The notes under the pieces: generated by a model
Told to the model about the DNA's origin: nothing
What the model saw: only the letters and a program-made list of their open reading frames with translations
The model's database searches: none
Made by a program: the position numbers and the translations under genes
NCBI GenBank assembly: GCA_002688315.1
Contig: NZCN01000001.1
Coordinates: 50,748-114,747, forward strand
Direction of reading: 5' to 3'
Length of the DNA stretch: 64,000 nucleotides
From: Candidatus Woesearchaeota archaeon
GTDB taxonomy: Archaea; Nanobdellota; Nanobdellia; Woesearchaeales; UBA10216
Shown here: positions 8,559-18,460 of the stretch, piece after piece
How the letters are laid out: every line of letters starts with the position of its first letter
How positions within the stretch are numbered: the stretch's first letter is position 1

Positions 8559-9833
8559 ATGCTTGATATAAAATTCATAAAGGAGAATGCTGCTTTAATA
8601 AAAAAAGACCTTGCGAAGCGAGGAGATAAAGAGAAAGTAGACTGGGTTGATGAAGTATCTAAGAAGTATGGAGAACTATGGAAATTAAAAGAAACTAATG
8701 ATAAACTAAGACATAAGAGAAATGTTATAACTCGCGAAATAAATGAGCTGCAAAAACAAGGCAAAGATATTAAAAGCAAAATAAAAGAAGCAAAAGAATT
8801 GCCAGGCAAGATAGCAGATTCTGATAAAAAACTTGCCGAAGTTGAAGAAAGAGTAGATTACATTCTTCAGAACCTTCCAAATGTTTTGCACAGCTCAGTT
8901 CCTGTTGGCAAGGATGATACAGAAAACAAGGAAATCAAAAAATGGGGAAAGCCAACAAAACTAATTGATTTACACAGCCATGGCCGTATACTTGAAGACA
9001 AAGGATTGGCAGATTTTAAAAGAGCAACAAAAATTTCAGGAGCTGGGTTTTATTTTTTGAAAGGTGACTTGGTTAAGTTAGAACTTGCTCTAATTAACTT
9101 TGCAGTTTCTGAGCTGGAAAAAAAAGGATTTACTCCTATTGAACCTCCTTTAATGATGCTACGCAAGCCGTATGAAGGAGTTGTCGCGTTAAAAGATTTT
9201 GGAGATGTTATGTACAAAATAGAGGGAGAGGACAGTTATTTAATTGCCACATCTGAACATCCAATTGCCGCCATGCATATGAGCGAAACATTTGAAGAAA
9301 AAGAGTTGCCTATAAAATACTGTGGCATAAGCAGCTGTTTTAGAAAAGAAATAGGAAGTCATGGTGTTGATACGCGAGGACTATTCCGCGTCCATCAGTT
9401 CAACAAAGTTGAAATGTTTATATTTTCTAAACCTAAAGACTCATGGAAAATACATGAAGAATTAATTTCTATTGCAGAAGGACTTGTTAAGAAGCTTAAA
9501 ATACCTCACAGGGTTGTAAATGTATGCAGTGGTGATATTGGGATAATAGCTGCTAAGAAATACGATATAGACGCATGGTTCCCAAGACAAAACAAATATG
9601 GAGAAATTATTAGCTGCAGTAATTGTACTTCGTACCAAGCTGTTTCCCTGAATATCAAGTATCAAAAAGAGAAAAAAGACGAAAAAGAGTATGTGCATAC
9701 GCTAAATTCTACCGCATTTGCTATTGGGAGAATCATGGTTGCTATAGTTGAAAACTATCAAAACAAGGATGGCTCAATAGGTGTTCCTGCTGTGTTGCAG
9801 AAATATATGGGGAAAAAAGTTATTGGCAAGTAA
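8559..9833 (+). CDS. serS: Seryl-tRNA synthetase
   Basis: N-terminal coiled-coil arm plus a class II core (FRKE..G..TRGLFRVHQF.KVE, SNCTSYQA). Confidence 0.9.
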   Translation: MLDIKFIKENAALIKKDLAKRGDKEKVDWVDEVSKKYGELWKLKETNDKLRHKRNVITREINELQKQGKDIKSKIKEAKELPGKIADSDKKLAEVEERVDYILQNLPNVLHSSVPVGKDDTENKEIKKWGKPTKLIDLHSHGRILEDKGLADFKRATKISGAGFYFLKGDLVKLELALINFAVSELEKKGFTPIEPPLMMLRKPYEGVVALKDFGDVMYKIEGEDSYLIATSEHPIAAMHMSETFEEKELPIKYCGISSCFRKEIGSHGVDTRGLFRVHQFNKVEMFIFSKPKDSWKIHEELISIAEGLVKKLKIPHRVVNVCSGDIGIIAAKKYDIDAWFPRQNKYGEIISCSNCTSYQAVSLNIKYQKEKKDEKEYVHTLNSTAFAIGRIMVAIVENYQNKDGSIGVPAVLQKYMGKKVIGK

Positions 9834-10009
9834 ATACATATAAAGTATATAGTAAAGTATAAAAAGAGACTGCGAGAATCTAAACTCTTAAGATGGAAGC
9901 AACATTAAATTATTTTGGATATTTCTATTATTTTAATTAGGGACACTGCTTCTAAGTCCCCAAGAATTGTAAAGTGGAGCTAAAAACAAACTAAACGGAG
10001 GAGTAAAAA

Positions 10010-10381
10010 ATGAATGTTGAAGAATTGGTAACGAAATTGGATGGAAGAGAAAACATTATCCCTTATGAGATTAGAACCGGCGATGTAATTGGCGTACCTC
10101 AAAGTGGGGGGTATAGCGTTATGAAAGTGGGATCTGTAGATACTATAACTGGAAAACTAAGAAGAGACGCTTGGGCAGGTAGACCTGGAGGCTCAGCAAT
10201 AACAGGTTATGATCTGCACTCTTACCCCGATCAGGACATACTGTTAGCTGCAAACGGAGGAGACGTATCGAATGAAAATAAATCAACCATTCATCTTGGG
10301 CACGGTGACTCGGTAGTTATGCTGCAATCAACTGAATGGGATTTACTACAAACGCAGGCTAACACTATTGACTACGCGTGA
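10010..10381 (+). CDS. Orphan hypothetical protein (123 aa), Gly-rich, Lys-poor
   Basis: Strong SD GGAGGAG lies 8 nt upstream of the ATG. I recognise no motif. Confidence 0.55.
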   Translation: MNVEELVTKLDGRENIIPYEIRTGDVIGVPQSGGYSVMKVGSVDTITGKLRRDAWAGRPGGSAITGYDLHSYPDQDILLAANGGDVSNENKSTIHLGHGDSVVMLQSTEWDLLQTQANTIDYA

Positions 10382-10423
10382 CCTTACACAAACTATTTAA
10401 ACTTTTCACGTAGCTTTTTTATT

Positions 10424-11500
10424 ATGGGCGTGTTTAATGATATGCTTAAGAGCGGGGAATCTCTCATTAAAAATGAGATAGCTCTTGACTATGGCTATAT
10501 TCCGAAACTTGTTCCTTATCGTGAGAGCCAAATGAGGGCGATTGCTGCTTCTATTAAGCCGTTATTCCAGAACAGAAGCGGGAGAAACATGTTTGTTTAC
10601 GGGCCTCCTGGTGTTGGAAAAACAGTTGCTGTAAAGCATCTTTTAAAAGAAATTGAAGAAGAGTCAGAAAATATAACTCCTTTTTACATTAATTGCTGGC
10701 AGAAAAATACTGCTTTCAAAATTCTTGTGGAAATGTGCGATATTATAGGGTATAAGTTTATTCAAAACAAAAGAACAGAAGAACTGTTTGCTGTTTTAAA
10801 GCAGTACTTAAACAAATCAGAGCGCTCAGCTGTTTTTGCTTTTGATGAAATAGACAAAATTGAAGACTTGGATTTTATCTATAATCTTCTTGAAGACGTG
10901 TTCAGAAAATCAGTAATACTGATTACTAACTATAAAGAATATGTTACAGAGCTTGATGAACGAATCAAATCAAGACTAACAGCTGAAATGCTGGAATTTC
11001 AAGCTTATAACCTTAACGAGACTAGGGGAATACTAAAACAAAGAATGGAATATGCGTTTGTTCCTGGAATATGGGAAGAAGATGCAGTTGAATCAATAGT
11101 GCAAAAAACAGCAAAAATGTCAGATATAAGAAGCGGACTGTACATGATGAAAGAAGCTGCACTGATTGCTGAAGAAAGAAGCTCTAAAAAAGTAAATTCT
11201 TCTGATGTAAGCACTGCAATGAAAAAACTAGACGACTTTAGCATAAAGAAAACAGAAGAACTTGAAGATGAAGTAAAGTTTATCCTGAAGATAATAAAAG
11301 ACAATACCGGCAAGCGAATAGGAGAAGTTTACAAAACCTACCAGGAAAATGGCGGAAAACTTGTTTACAAAACATTCTGGAGAAAAATTAACAAGCTTGA
11401 GGAAGACAAATTCATAACAACAAAAAAGATAGAAGGAGGAAAGGAAGGCAAAACAACAATAATAAATTACGGGCAGGAGAAAAAGCTTACTGAATTCTAG
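10424..11500 (+). CDS. cdc6: Orc1/Cdc6 replication initiator
   Basis: AAA+ Walker A GPPGVGKT, Walker B FAFDEID, and a C-terminal winged helix. TATA-like CTATTTAAAC lies about 25 nt upstream, consistent with a leaderless transcript. Confidence 0.9.
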   Translation: MGVFNDMLKSGESLIKNEIALDYGYIPKLVPYRESQMRAIAASIKPLFQNRSGRNMFVYGPPGVGKTVAVKHLLKEIEEESENITPFYINCWQKNTAFKILVEMCDIIGYKFIQNKRTEELFAVLKQYLNKSERSAVFAFDEIDKIEDLDFIYNLLEDVFRKSVILITNYKEYVTELDERIKSRLTAEMLEFQAYNLNETRGILKQRMEYAFVPGIWEEDAVESIVQKTAKMSDIRSGLYMMKEAALIAEERSSKKVNSSDVSTAMKKLDDFSIKKTEELEDEVKFILKIIKDNTGKRIGEVYKTYQENGGKLVYKTFWRKINKLEEDKFITTKKIEGGKEGKTTIINYGQEKKLTEF

Positions 11501-11769
11501 CGCCTAATATCAAAACCGTCAAACTCATTAGTTGCAGATTCTTCCTTTGCATCAATGTTTTTAACAAAAGCCATTAGCGGCCCTTTTTTACAGCTGTTCA
11601 CCATCTTTTTGAGGTTTTCTTCGCTGCCTTCTGCAACTATTTCTACAGTGCCATCGTTAAGATTTTTAGCATAGCCTGAAATATCAAGCTTCTCTGCTTC
11701 CCTTCTCGCAAAATCCCTGTATAAAACACCCTGCACTCTCCCTGAAATGATAAGATGGAGTCGTTTCAT
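11497..11769 (-). CDS. acyP: Acylphosphatase
   Basis: ISGRVQGVLYRDFARREAEKLDISGYAKNLNDGTVEIVAEG matches the acylphosphatase signature. Confidence 0.85.
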   Translation of the reverse strand: MKRLHLIISGRVQGVLYRDFARREAEKLDISGYAKNLNDGTVEIVAEGSEENLKKMVNSCKKGPLMAFVKNIDAKEESATNEFDGFDIRR

Positions 11770-11928
11770 AACAATATCAGGAGAATAACTATTATTAAAT
11801 TTTTGTTGTTGCGAAACTAGTTTATAAATTATATAGCAAACCTTGTAAAGTTGTTGTTATATATACAGTTAATACGTTACTTATAAAAATCCAGGAAGTA
11901 AAGAAGAGTTAAGAGTGGGGTGATAAAA

Positions 11929-12057
11929 ATGAGGAATAATTGCACAAGTTGTGGTATAACTATAGCAAAAAGCGCCATGACAAATGCATACTTGTGCAGA
12001 TTGTGCGAACGCACAATGAATGAAGAAGAAATGTATGCACATTTGGACATGATTTGA
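11929..12057 (+). CDS. Small zinc-ribbon protein (42 aa), not in the ORF track
   Basis: GGGTGAT SD-like motif lies 5 nt upstream. Product MRNNCTSCGITIAKSAMTNAYLCRLCERTMNEEEMYAHLDMI has CxxC...CxxC. Confidence 0.45.
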   Translation: MRNNCTSCGITIAKSAMTNAYLCRLCERTMNEEEMYAHLDMI

Positions 12058-12152
12058 GTTTGATAAATTTGTTTTCTTTACGAGACATTTTAATAGAATG
12101 AATTCCAACCACCACAATCTTTAAATACTAAGCCAAAATCTTATATTCTAAG

Positions 12153-12557
12153 ATGGCAATTATTGGTTTTAATTTTACAAAGATTCTCGTCGAGAAAAAA
12201 TCAAAGATTAAAGGTAAAGTAGATATAAAAAACAATGTTAGTGTTAAAGACGTTGAAGCTACTGATATTCCAATTGGAACTTCAAAACAGAATGCGCTTA
12301 AATTCATTTTTGAATTCACTTCTGATTATTCACCTTCAGTAGGCCAAATTCTTTTTAACGGGGATGTTCTTTACGTAGATGACCCAGCTAAACAAACTGA
12401 AGTTTTGAAAAACTGGAAGAAAAACAAGCAAGTTCCTAAAGAAACCATGAGTGAAATATTGAACACAGTTCTTATGAGGTGCAATGTTGAAGCATTATTG
12501 CTCAGCAGAGATGTTAATTTACCTCCTCCAATACCAATGCCTAAAGTTGAGAGATAA
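12153..12557 (+). CDS. Conserved hypothetical protein, possibly a SecB-like fold
   Basis: 134 aa. The C-terminal ILNTVLMRCNVEALLLSRDVNLPPPIPMP resembles the SecB C-terminal pattern. This is a weak, memory-based call. Confidence 0.35.
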   Translation: MAIIGFNFTKILVEKKSKIKGKVDIKNNVSVKDVEATDIPIGTSKQNALKFIFEFTSDYSPSVGQILFNGDVLYVDDPAKQTEVLKNWKKNKQVPKETMSEILNTVLMRCNVEALLLSRDVNLPPPIPMPKVER

Positions 12558-12639
12558 TATAAGCTAAAATTTAAAAAGTCCTTCTTATTCTTATAAACTG
12601 GTAAAACTTTAAATAATAGATTAAAGGTAAAAATTCAAT

Positions 12640-14910
12640 ATGGCTCAAAAAGAAATAAAATTGAAAGTTGCTGAAGCTGTACAAGATGATGTAAATAAAG
12701 GAATAGTAAGAATAGATACAAGCTTCATGCATGAGATAAACGTAAGACCTGGTGATTTTGTAGAAATAGAAGGGCAACGCCAAACTGTCGGCATTGCAGA
12801 CAGAGCTTACCCAGGAGATATTGGACTTAACATAATAAGAATGGACGGCATAGTAAGACGAAATTCAAAAACAGGAATAGGAGAAATTGTAAAAGTAAAT
12901 AAAGCAGAAGTTAAGGAAGCCAAGAAAATAATCATAGCGCCTGCTAGAAAAGGCATCATGATAAGAGCTAATCCTGAAGTGTTTAAACAAGGCCTTCTAG
13001 GAAGAGCAGTAGTTAAAGGAGATATAGTCGCGCTTGGCGGGACAACAAGACGCCGTTCTACACTTTCTCACAGCCCTTTCGAAGACATATTTAGAATGCT
13101 TGATGAAGATGTAATGGGCTTTGGATTTGGAGACATTAAATTTGTTGTTGTTGATAGCATGCCGAAGAATGCAGTGATAGTAACAGACTTAACTGAAGTA
13201 GTTTTTAATCCAGAAGCTTTAGAAACTGTGGAAGAGCAGCGCTTCGACATAACTTATGAAGATATTGGAGGCTTGCGGGAAGAAGTTAGTAAAATACGGG
13301 AAATGGTTGAGCTTCCATTAAAACATCCTGAAATATTTGAACGGTTGGGAATAGAAGCTCCTAAAGGAGTTCTTCTGCACGGTCCTCCAGGAACAGGAAA
13401 AACATTGGTTGCAAAAGCAGTTGCAAATGAAACTAATTCGCATTTTATTGTTATAAACGGGCCGGAAATTATGTCGAAATTCTACGGTCAAAGCGAGTCA
13501 AACTTAAGGAAAAAATTTGAAGAAGCATCAAAAAATGCGCCTGCCATTGTGTTTATTGATGAAATAGATGCGATAGCAACAAAGCGCGAAGAAGTCCATG
13601 GAGAAGTAGAAAGAAGAGTTGTAGCACAATTGCTTGCATTGATGGATGGGCTTAAGAGCAGAGGAAAAGTTGTTGTAATTGCAGCAACTAATGTTCCTAA
13701 CCTTCTTGACCCTGCACTAAGAAGACCTGGAAGGTTTGACCGCGAAATAGAGATAAGTGTTCCAAGCAAAGAAGGACGCTTAGATATACTAAAAATACAC
13801 ACTAGAAACATGCCGCTAGGCAAAAATGTTAATTTGAAAGAAATAGCGGCAGTAACTCATGGTTTTGTTGGAGCAGACGTAGCAATGCTTGCAAAAGAAG
13901 CAGCAATGGTTGTTCTAAGAAGAGTACTTCCTGATTTAAAGCTGGATGAAGAAGAGCCTATACCAAAAGAAATACTTGAAAAGATGCAAATCACAAAAAA
14001 AGATTTTAAAGAAGCGCTTAAATTTGTAAGACCTTCTGCCATGAGAGAAGTTCTAATAGAAATTCCAACTGTTAAATGGGATGATCTTGGAGGACTTGAA
14101 GGAATAAGACAAGAACTTATAGAAGCTGTTGAATGGCCAATAAAAAATCCAGAATCATTCAAAAATCTTGGTGTTACTCCTCCAAAAGGCCTTCTTCTTT
14201 ATGGAGCGCCTGGAACAGGAAAAACTTTGCTTGCAAAAGCAGTAGCCACAGAATCAGAAGCGAATTTTATATTAGTTAATGGACCAGAGCTTTTGAGTAA
14301 ATGGGTGGGAGAAAGCGAGAAAGCTGTTCGAGAAGTGTTTAAGAAAGCCCGTCAAACCTCACCAACCATAATCTTTTTTGATGAGATAGATTCGTTAGCC
14401 CCAAAAAGAGGAACAAGCACAGATACAAATGTAACTGAAAGAGTTGTTAACCAGCTTCTTACAGAAATAGACGGACTGGAAGACTTGTATGACATAGTGG
14501 TTATTGCAGCAACAAACAGACCTGATATGATTGACCCAGGATTGTTAAGACCTGGAAGATTTGATAGAATGATATTAACGCCTATTCCAAGTGAGAAAGC
14601 AAGAGCCGAAATATTTAAGGTTCACACTAAAAATATGCCAATAAAAGCAGACCTCGCAAAACTGGCAAAAATGACGCCAGGATATGTTGGAGCAGACATA
14701 GAAGCAGTATGCAGAGAAGCTGCAATATTTGCATTACGAAAGAATTTTAACGCAAAACTGGTTGAAGAAACTTATTTCTTACAAGCGCTTAAAAAAGTAA
14801 GACCTTCAGTTACAAAAGAAGTAGAACAAGCTTATGAGCAAGTACGTGATACCTTTACTTCAGCACGCGCCAAAGAACTTAAAGACGAAAAACCTTCTTA
14901 CATGGGCTGA
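12640..14910 (+). CDS. cdc48: Cdc48/VCP-type tandem AAA+ ATPase
   Basis: N-domain plus two AAA modules ([24 protein letters not shown]). Confidence 0.95.
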   Translation: MAQKEIKLKVAEAVQDDVNKGIVRIDTSFMHEINVRPGDFVEIEGQRQTVGIADRAYPGDIGLNIIRMDGIVRRNSKTGIGEIVKVNKAEVKEAKKIIIAPARKGIMIRANPEVFKQGLLGRAVVKGDIVALGGTTRRRSTLSHSPFEDIFRMLDEDVMGFGFGDIKFVVVDSMPKNAVIVTDLTEVVFNPEALETVEEQRFDITYEDIGGLREEVSKIREMVELPLKHPEIFERLGIEAPKGVLLHGPPGTGKTLVAKAVANETNSHFIVINGPEIMSKFYGQSESNLRKKFEEASKNAPAIVFIDEIDAIATKREEVHGEVERRVVAQLLALMDGLKSRGKVVVIAATNVPNLLDPALRRPGRFDREIEISVPSKEGRLDILKIHTRNMPLGKNVNLKEIAAVTHGFVGADVAMLAKEAAMVVLRRVLPDLKLDEEEPIPKEILEKMQITKKDFKEALKFVRPSAMREVLIEIPTVKWDDLGGLEGIRQELIEAVEWPIKNPESFKNLGVTPPKGLLLYGAPGTGKTLLAKAVATESEANFILVNGPELLSKWVGESEKAVREVFKKARQTSPTIIFFDEIDSLAPKRGTSTDTNVTERVVNQLLTEIDGLEDLYDIVVIAATNRPDMIDPGLLRPGRFDRMILTPIPSEKARAEIFKVHTKNMPIKADLAKLAKMTPGYVGADIEAVCREAAIFALRKNFNAKLVEETYFLQALKKVRPSVTKEVEQAYEQVRDTFTSARAKELKDEKPSYMG

Positions 14911-14972
14911 AGATTTCTAAAATACAAAAACTTTTATAATGCTAAAAGCAGCGGTAAGCATGAGGTGATTTT

Positions 14973-15236
14973 ATGGGCTTCCTAGGTTTGTTTGGAGGTA
15001 GGCGTTCAGGAAAAACCGTAGCTGAGAAACGAGTTGACAATAGTTCAAAAATAACTAAACTTGCAACTGAAATTCATCGGCTACAATCAAGAGTAGTCTG
15101 GATTGAGCGCAATGCTCCATATGAAAAGAATAATAGAAGAAGAAAACAAATGGATCTTGATAAATTAAAGTTAGAGCAAAGAATTCAATCGCTTGAAAGA
15201 CAACATCACGCTTTATCTAGTCGCAATAAAGGATAA
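14973..15236 (+). CDS. Small basic coiled-coil protein (87 aa) with an MGFLGLFGGRR N-terminus
   Basis: ORF lies between cdc48 and gatD. It is Arg/Gln-rich and predicted helical. No family assigned. Confidence 0.45.
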   Translation: MGFLGLFGGRRSGKTVAEKRVDNSSKITKLATEIHRLQSRVVWIERNAPYEKNNRRRKQMDLDKLKLEQRIQSLERQHHALSSRNKG

Positions 15237-15238
15237 AC

Positions 15239-16537
15239 ATGACAGCTAAACCAGGAGATTACGTTGAAGTAACCAGTTCTGAAGAAACTGTTTCCGGCAT
15301 ATTGCTGGAAAGCCCTGAACTGGAGAACGATGTTGTTATTGTAAAACTGGATTCTGGATACAATGCTGGAATAGACAAAAAGAAAGTCAAGAAAATATCC
15401 TTGCTTCCACAGCAAAAAACAAAAGAAGCGAAAATAAAAAAAGAAAAAATCAGCAGCGATAAAAGCTTGCCAAAGATTTCTATTTTGCATACAGGAGGGA
15501 CTATTGCTAGCAAGGTGGATTACAGAACTGGTTCTGTTTATTCCTCTTTTAAGCCTGAAGATTTGCTTGAAATGTTCCCTGAACTTGGCAAAATAGCACA
15601 ATTTGATTCTGTTTTCATAAGCAATATGTGGTCTGATGATTTGAGATTTAAACATTTTGAGTTACTAGCTAAAGCAATTGAAAAAGAAGTGAAAAAAGGA
15701 GTGGATGGAATAATTATAGGAATGGGAACAGATAATTTGGCAGTAGCTTCATCTGCACTGGCTTTTATTATTGAAAGCACTTCAATACCCATAATCTTTG
15801 TTGGAGCACAAAGAAGTTCAGACAGAGGCAGCAGCGATACAGCTATGAATTTAATTTGTGCAGCTACTTTTATCTCAGAAACAGATTTTACTGGAGTAGC
15901 GTTGTGCATGCATGAAAACATTAGCGATAATGATTGTGTTATTTTGCCTGCTTGTAAAACTAGGAAGATGCATACATCAAGGAGAGACGCTTTTAGGCCT
16001 GTAAACGCACAACCAATCGCTAGAGTTAATTATGATACAAAAAGTGTTACTTTTATAACTGAGCCTGAGAAAAAAAGCGATAAACTATTAATTAAGCCTA
16101 AAATGGAAGAAAAAGTCGGCTTGTTAAAAATCCATGTTAACATGCAGCCAGAACAATTTGAATTTTACAAAGGATACAAAGGATTAGTGATAGAAGGCAC
16201 AGGCCTTGGTCATACTCCTGGACAAGTTCCTGATGAGACTGCAAAGATTCATAAGAAAATTTATCCAGCAATAAAAAGTGTTATAGATTCTGGATGTGTT
16301 GTTGTTATGACTTCGCAAACCCTTTACGGCAGAATTCAAATGAATGTTTACGACAAAGGCAGAGACTTGACTTCACTTGGCGTTATCCCTGGAGAAGATA
16401 TGCTTCCGAATACTGCGTTTGTAAAATTAGCCTGGCTTTTAGGTAACCACACAAAGGAAGAAACCAAGAATCTAATAACACAGAATTTAAGAGGAGAGAT
16501 AAGCGATAGAACTGAAGAGAGGACTTTTCTGATTTGA
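15239..16537 (+). CDS. gatD: Glu-tRNA(Gln) amidotransferase subunit D
   Basis: Asparaginase-like HTGGTIAS and GTDN motifs with an N-terminal extension; immediately upstream of gatE. Confidence 0.9.
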   Translation: MTAKPGDYVEVTSSEETVSGILLESPELENDVVIVKLDSGYNAGIDKKKVKKISLLPQQKTKEAKIKKEKISSDKSLPKISILHTGGTIASKVDYRTGSVYSSFKPEDLLEMFPELGKIAQFDSVFISNMWSDDLRFKHFELLAKAIEKEVKKGVDGIIIGMGTDNLAVASSALAFIIESTSIPIIFVGAQRSSDRGSSDTAMNLICAATFISETDFTGVALCMHENISDNDCVILPACKTRKMHTSRRDAFRPVNAQPIARVNYDTKSVTFITEPEKKSDKLLIKPKMEEKVGLLKIHVNMQPEQFEFYKGYKGLVIEGTGLGHTPGQVPDETAKIHKKIYPAIKSVIDSGCVVVMTSQTLYGRIQMNVYDKGRDLTSLGVIPGEDMLPNTAFVKLAWLLGNHTKEETKNLITQNLRGEISDRTEERTFLI

Positions 16538-16542
16538 TTACT

Positions 16543-18372
16543 ATGATTGATTATTCACAACTCGGATTGAAAGCCGGAATTGAAGTGCATCAACAACTAG
16601 ACACAAAAACAAAGTTGTTTTGCAAATGTCCTGCTAAAATAAGAGATGACCAAGCAGATATTGTCATTAACCGCAGGCTTAGGGCTGCTGCTGGTGAGAC
16701 TGGAGAAGTTGATGTAGCAGCTGCTTACGAACAATTGCGAAGCAAACATTTTATCTATCACGCTTATAATGATTCTGTTTGCAATGTTGAGCTTGATGAA
16801 GAACCAATACATGATTTGAATGATGAAGCGCTTAATGTCTGCCTTCAAGCTGCATTGATGCTAAATGCCAAAGTTGTTGATAAAATAATGGTCATGAGGA
16901 AAACTGTTGTTGATGGCAGCAATACTTCTGGATTTCAAAGAACTGCTTTTGTTGCAGGAAATGGCAATATGGAACTGCTTTCAGGGAAAATAGGCATTTC
17001 TTCTGTTTGCATTGAGGAAGACTCTGCTAAGATAGTTGAAAGAGGCAATGATTTTGATACTTACAATTTATCAAGGCTTGGAATTCCTTTGGTTGAAATA
17101 GCAACAGAGCCAGACATTAAAAATCCAGAACAGCTTCGGGAAGTTGCAGAATATCTTGGAATGATATTAAGAAGCACAAAAATGGTGAAGCGTGGCTTAG
17201 GAACAATTAGGCAAGATGTAAACGTTTCAATAAAAGATGGAGCTAGAGTAGAAATCAAAGGAGCGCAGGATTTGCGCATGCTTTCAAAATGGGTTGAATT
17301 TGAAGTTTTGAGGCAGAAAAATTTAGTTGATATAGCAAAAGAATTGAATAAGAGAAAAGCAGAAGTTAGTGAAAAAATTATTGATGTAACTGATATTCTC
17401 AAAAGCAGTGAGTCTAAACTGGTTAAAAATGCACTAAGCGGCAAAGGAGTAATAAAAGCAATCAAACTAAAAAACTTTAAAGGAATTATTGGAATGCAAA
17501 TTCAGCCTGACAGAAGATTGGGAACAGAGCTTTCTGACTATGCAAAAGCGTTTGGAAACGTATCTGGAATAATACATTCTGATGAACTGCCAAGATATGG
17601 GATTAACGAGAAAGAAATTGAGAAGATAAATAAAAAAGTTGGCTGCAGTGGTAAAGACGCTTTTGTTTTAGTGGCAGCAGATGAAGAAAAAACTGAAATA
17701 GCTTTAAATGCGGTTATAAGCAGAGCAAAACAAGCTAAAACAGGAATTCCTAAAGAAGTAAGGAAAGCAAATTCTGACGGAACCACTACTTTCCTGCGTC
17801 CAATGCCTGGCTCTGCACGCATGTATCCTGAAACAGATGCCAAATCAGTAAGACCTGTTACTAAAGGAATAGCATTGCCTCAACTTTTAACAGAAAAAGC
17901 AAAAGGTTACAGTAGTTTAGGACTAAGCAAAGATTTAGCGCATAAACTAATCAAAGAAGGAGCTGAGCAGTTCTTTGAACAAATGATTGAACAGTATGGA
18001 AAAGTAAGCTCAGCGTACATAGCTGAAGTTCTTGTAAGCTATGCTAAAGAGATGGAAAAAAGAAAGCTTGACCATACAAAAATAAATGACGATCATCTAA
18101 AAACAGTTTTTTCAGCACTTAACAAAGGAACAATAGCTAAAGAATCTGTAATGGAAGTGCTTGCAGAAGTTGCAGATGGCAAAAGCATTGACCTGGAAAA
18201 ATACAGAACAATGACTGACGAAGAGCTGGAAAAAGAACTGAAGCAAATGATTAGCAGCAGTGGAAATGAAATTCCTTTAAACGTTCTGATAGGAAAAGTA
18301 ATGAGTGAAATGAGAGGCAAAGCCTCTGGCAAGAAGATAGTTGAGATGCTGAAACGGATGAAGAAAGAATAA
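16543..18372 (+). CDS. gatE: Glu-tRNA(Gln) amidotransferase subunit E
   Basis: GatB/E family N-terminus LGLKAGIEVHQQL. The track ORF starts at TTG 16534; ATG 16543 is more likely. Confidence 0.9.
   Translation: MIDYSQLGLKAGIEVHQQLDTKTKLFCKCPAKIRDDQADIVINRRLRAAAGETGEVDVAAAYEQLRSKHFIYHAYNDSVCNVELDEEPIHDLNDEALNVCLQAALMLNAKVVDKIMVMRKTVVDGSNTSGFQRTAFVAGNGNMELLSGKIGISSVCIEEDSAKIVERGNDFDTYNLSRLGIPLVEIATEPDIKNPEQLREVAEYLGMILRSTKMVKRGLGTIRQDVNVSIKDGARVEIKGAQDLRMLSKWVEFEVLRQKNLVDIAKELNKRKAEVSEKIIDVTDILKSSESKLVKNALSGKGVIKAIKLKNFKGIIGMQIQPDRRLGTELSDYAKAFGNVSGIIHSDELPRYGINEKEIEKINKKVGCSGKDAFVLVAADEEKTEIALNAVISRAKQAKTGIPKEVRKANSDGTTTFLRPMPGSARMYPETDAKSVRPVTKGIALPQLLTEKAKGYSSLGLSKDLAHKLIKEGAEQFFEQMIEQYGKVSSAYIAEVLVSYAKEMEKRKLDHTKINDDHLKTVFSALNKGTIAKESVMEVLAEVADGKSIDLEKYRTMTDEELEKELKQMISSSGNEIPLNVLIGKVMSEMRGKASGKKIVEMLKRMKKE
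18328..18372 (+). repeat. Direct repeat copy A (functional gatE 3' end, GKKIVEMLKRMKKE*)
   Basis: 38/45 nt identical to 19561-19605 by hand alignment, with the stop codons aligned. Confidence 0.75.
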
Positions 18373-18430
18373 GAGACTTAAGTTCTTCTATTTTAACTAC
18401 TAGCCATTGGTTGTTTTGCACCGAAAATTA

Positions 18431-18459
18431 TTTATATAGATTGTATCTAAATAGATACA
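18431..18459 (+). promoter_or_regulatory. TATA box (TTTATATA 18431-18438) plus perfect palindrome TGTATCTA-AA-TAGATACA (18442-18459)
   Basis: The palindrome sits between the TATA box and ATG 18461 of the HTH-MNT gene, so it is a candidate autoregulatory operator. Confidence 0.5.
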
Positions 18460-18460
18460 T

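Noticed and set aside
11770-12152. Replication origin in the AT-rich intergenic DNA flanking orc1/cdc6 and acyP.
   Set aside because: I found no repeated ORB or mini-ORB-like elements or clear duplex-unwinding element, and part of the interval is better explained by a small Zn-ribbon ORF and promoters.
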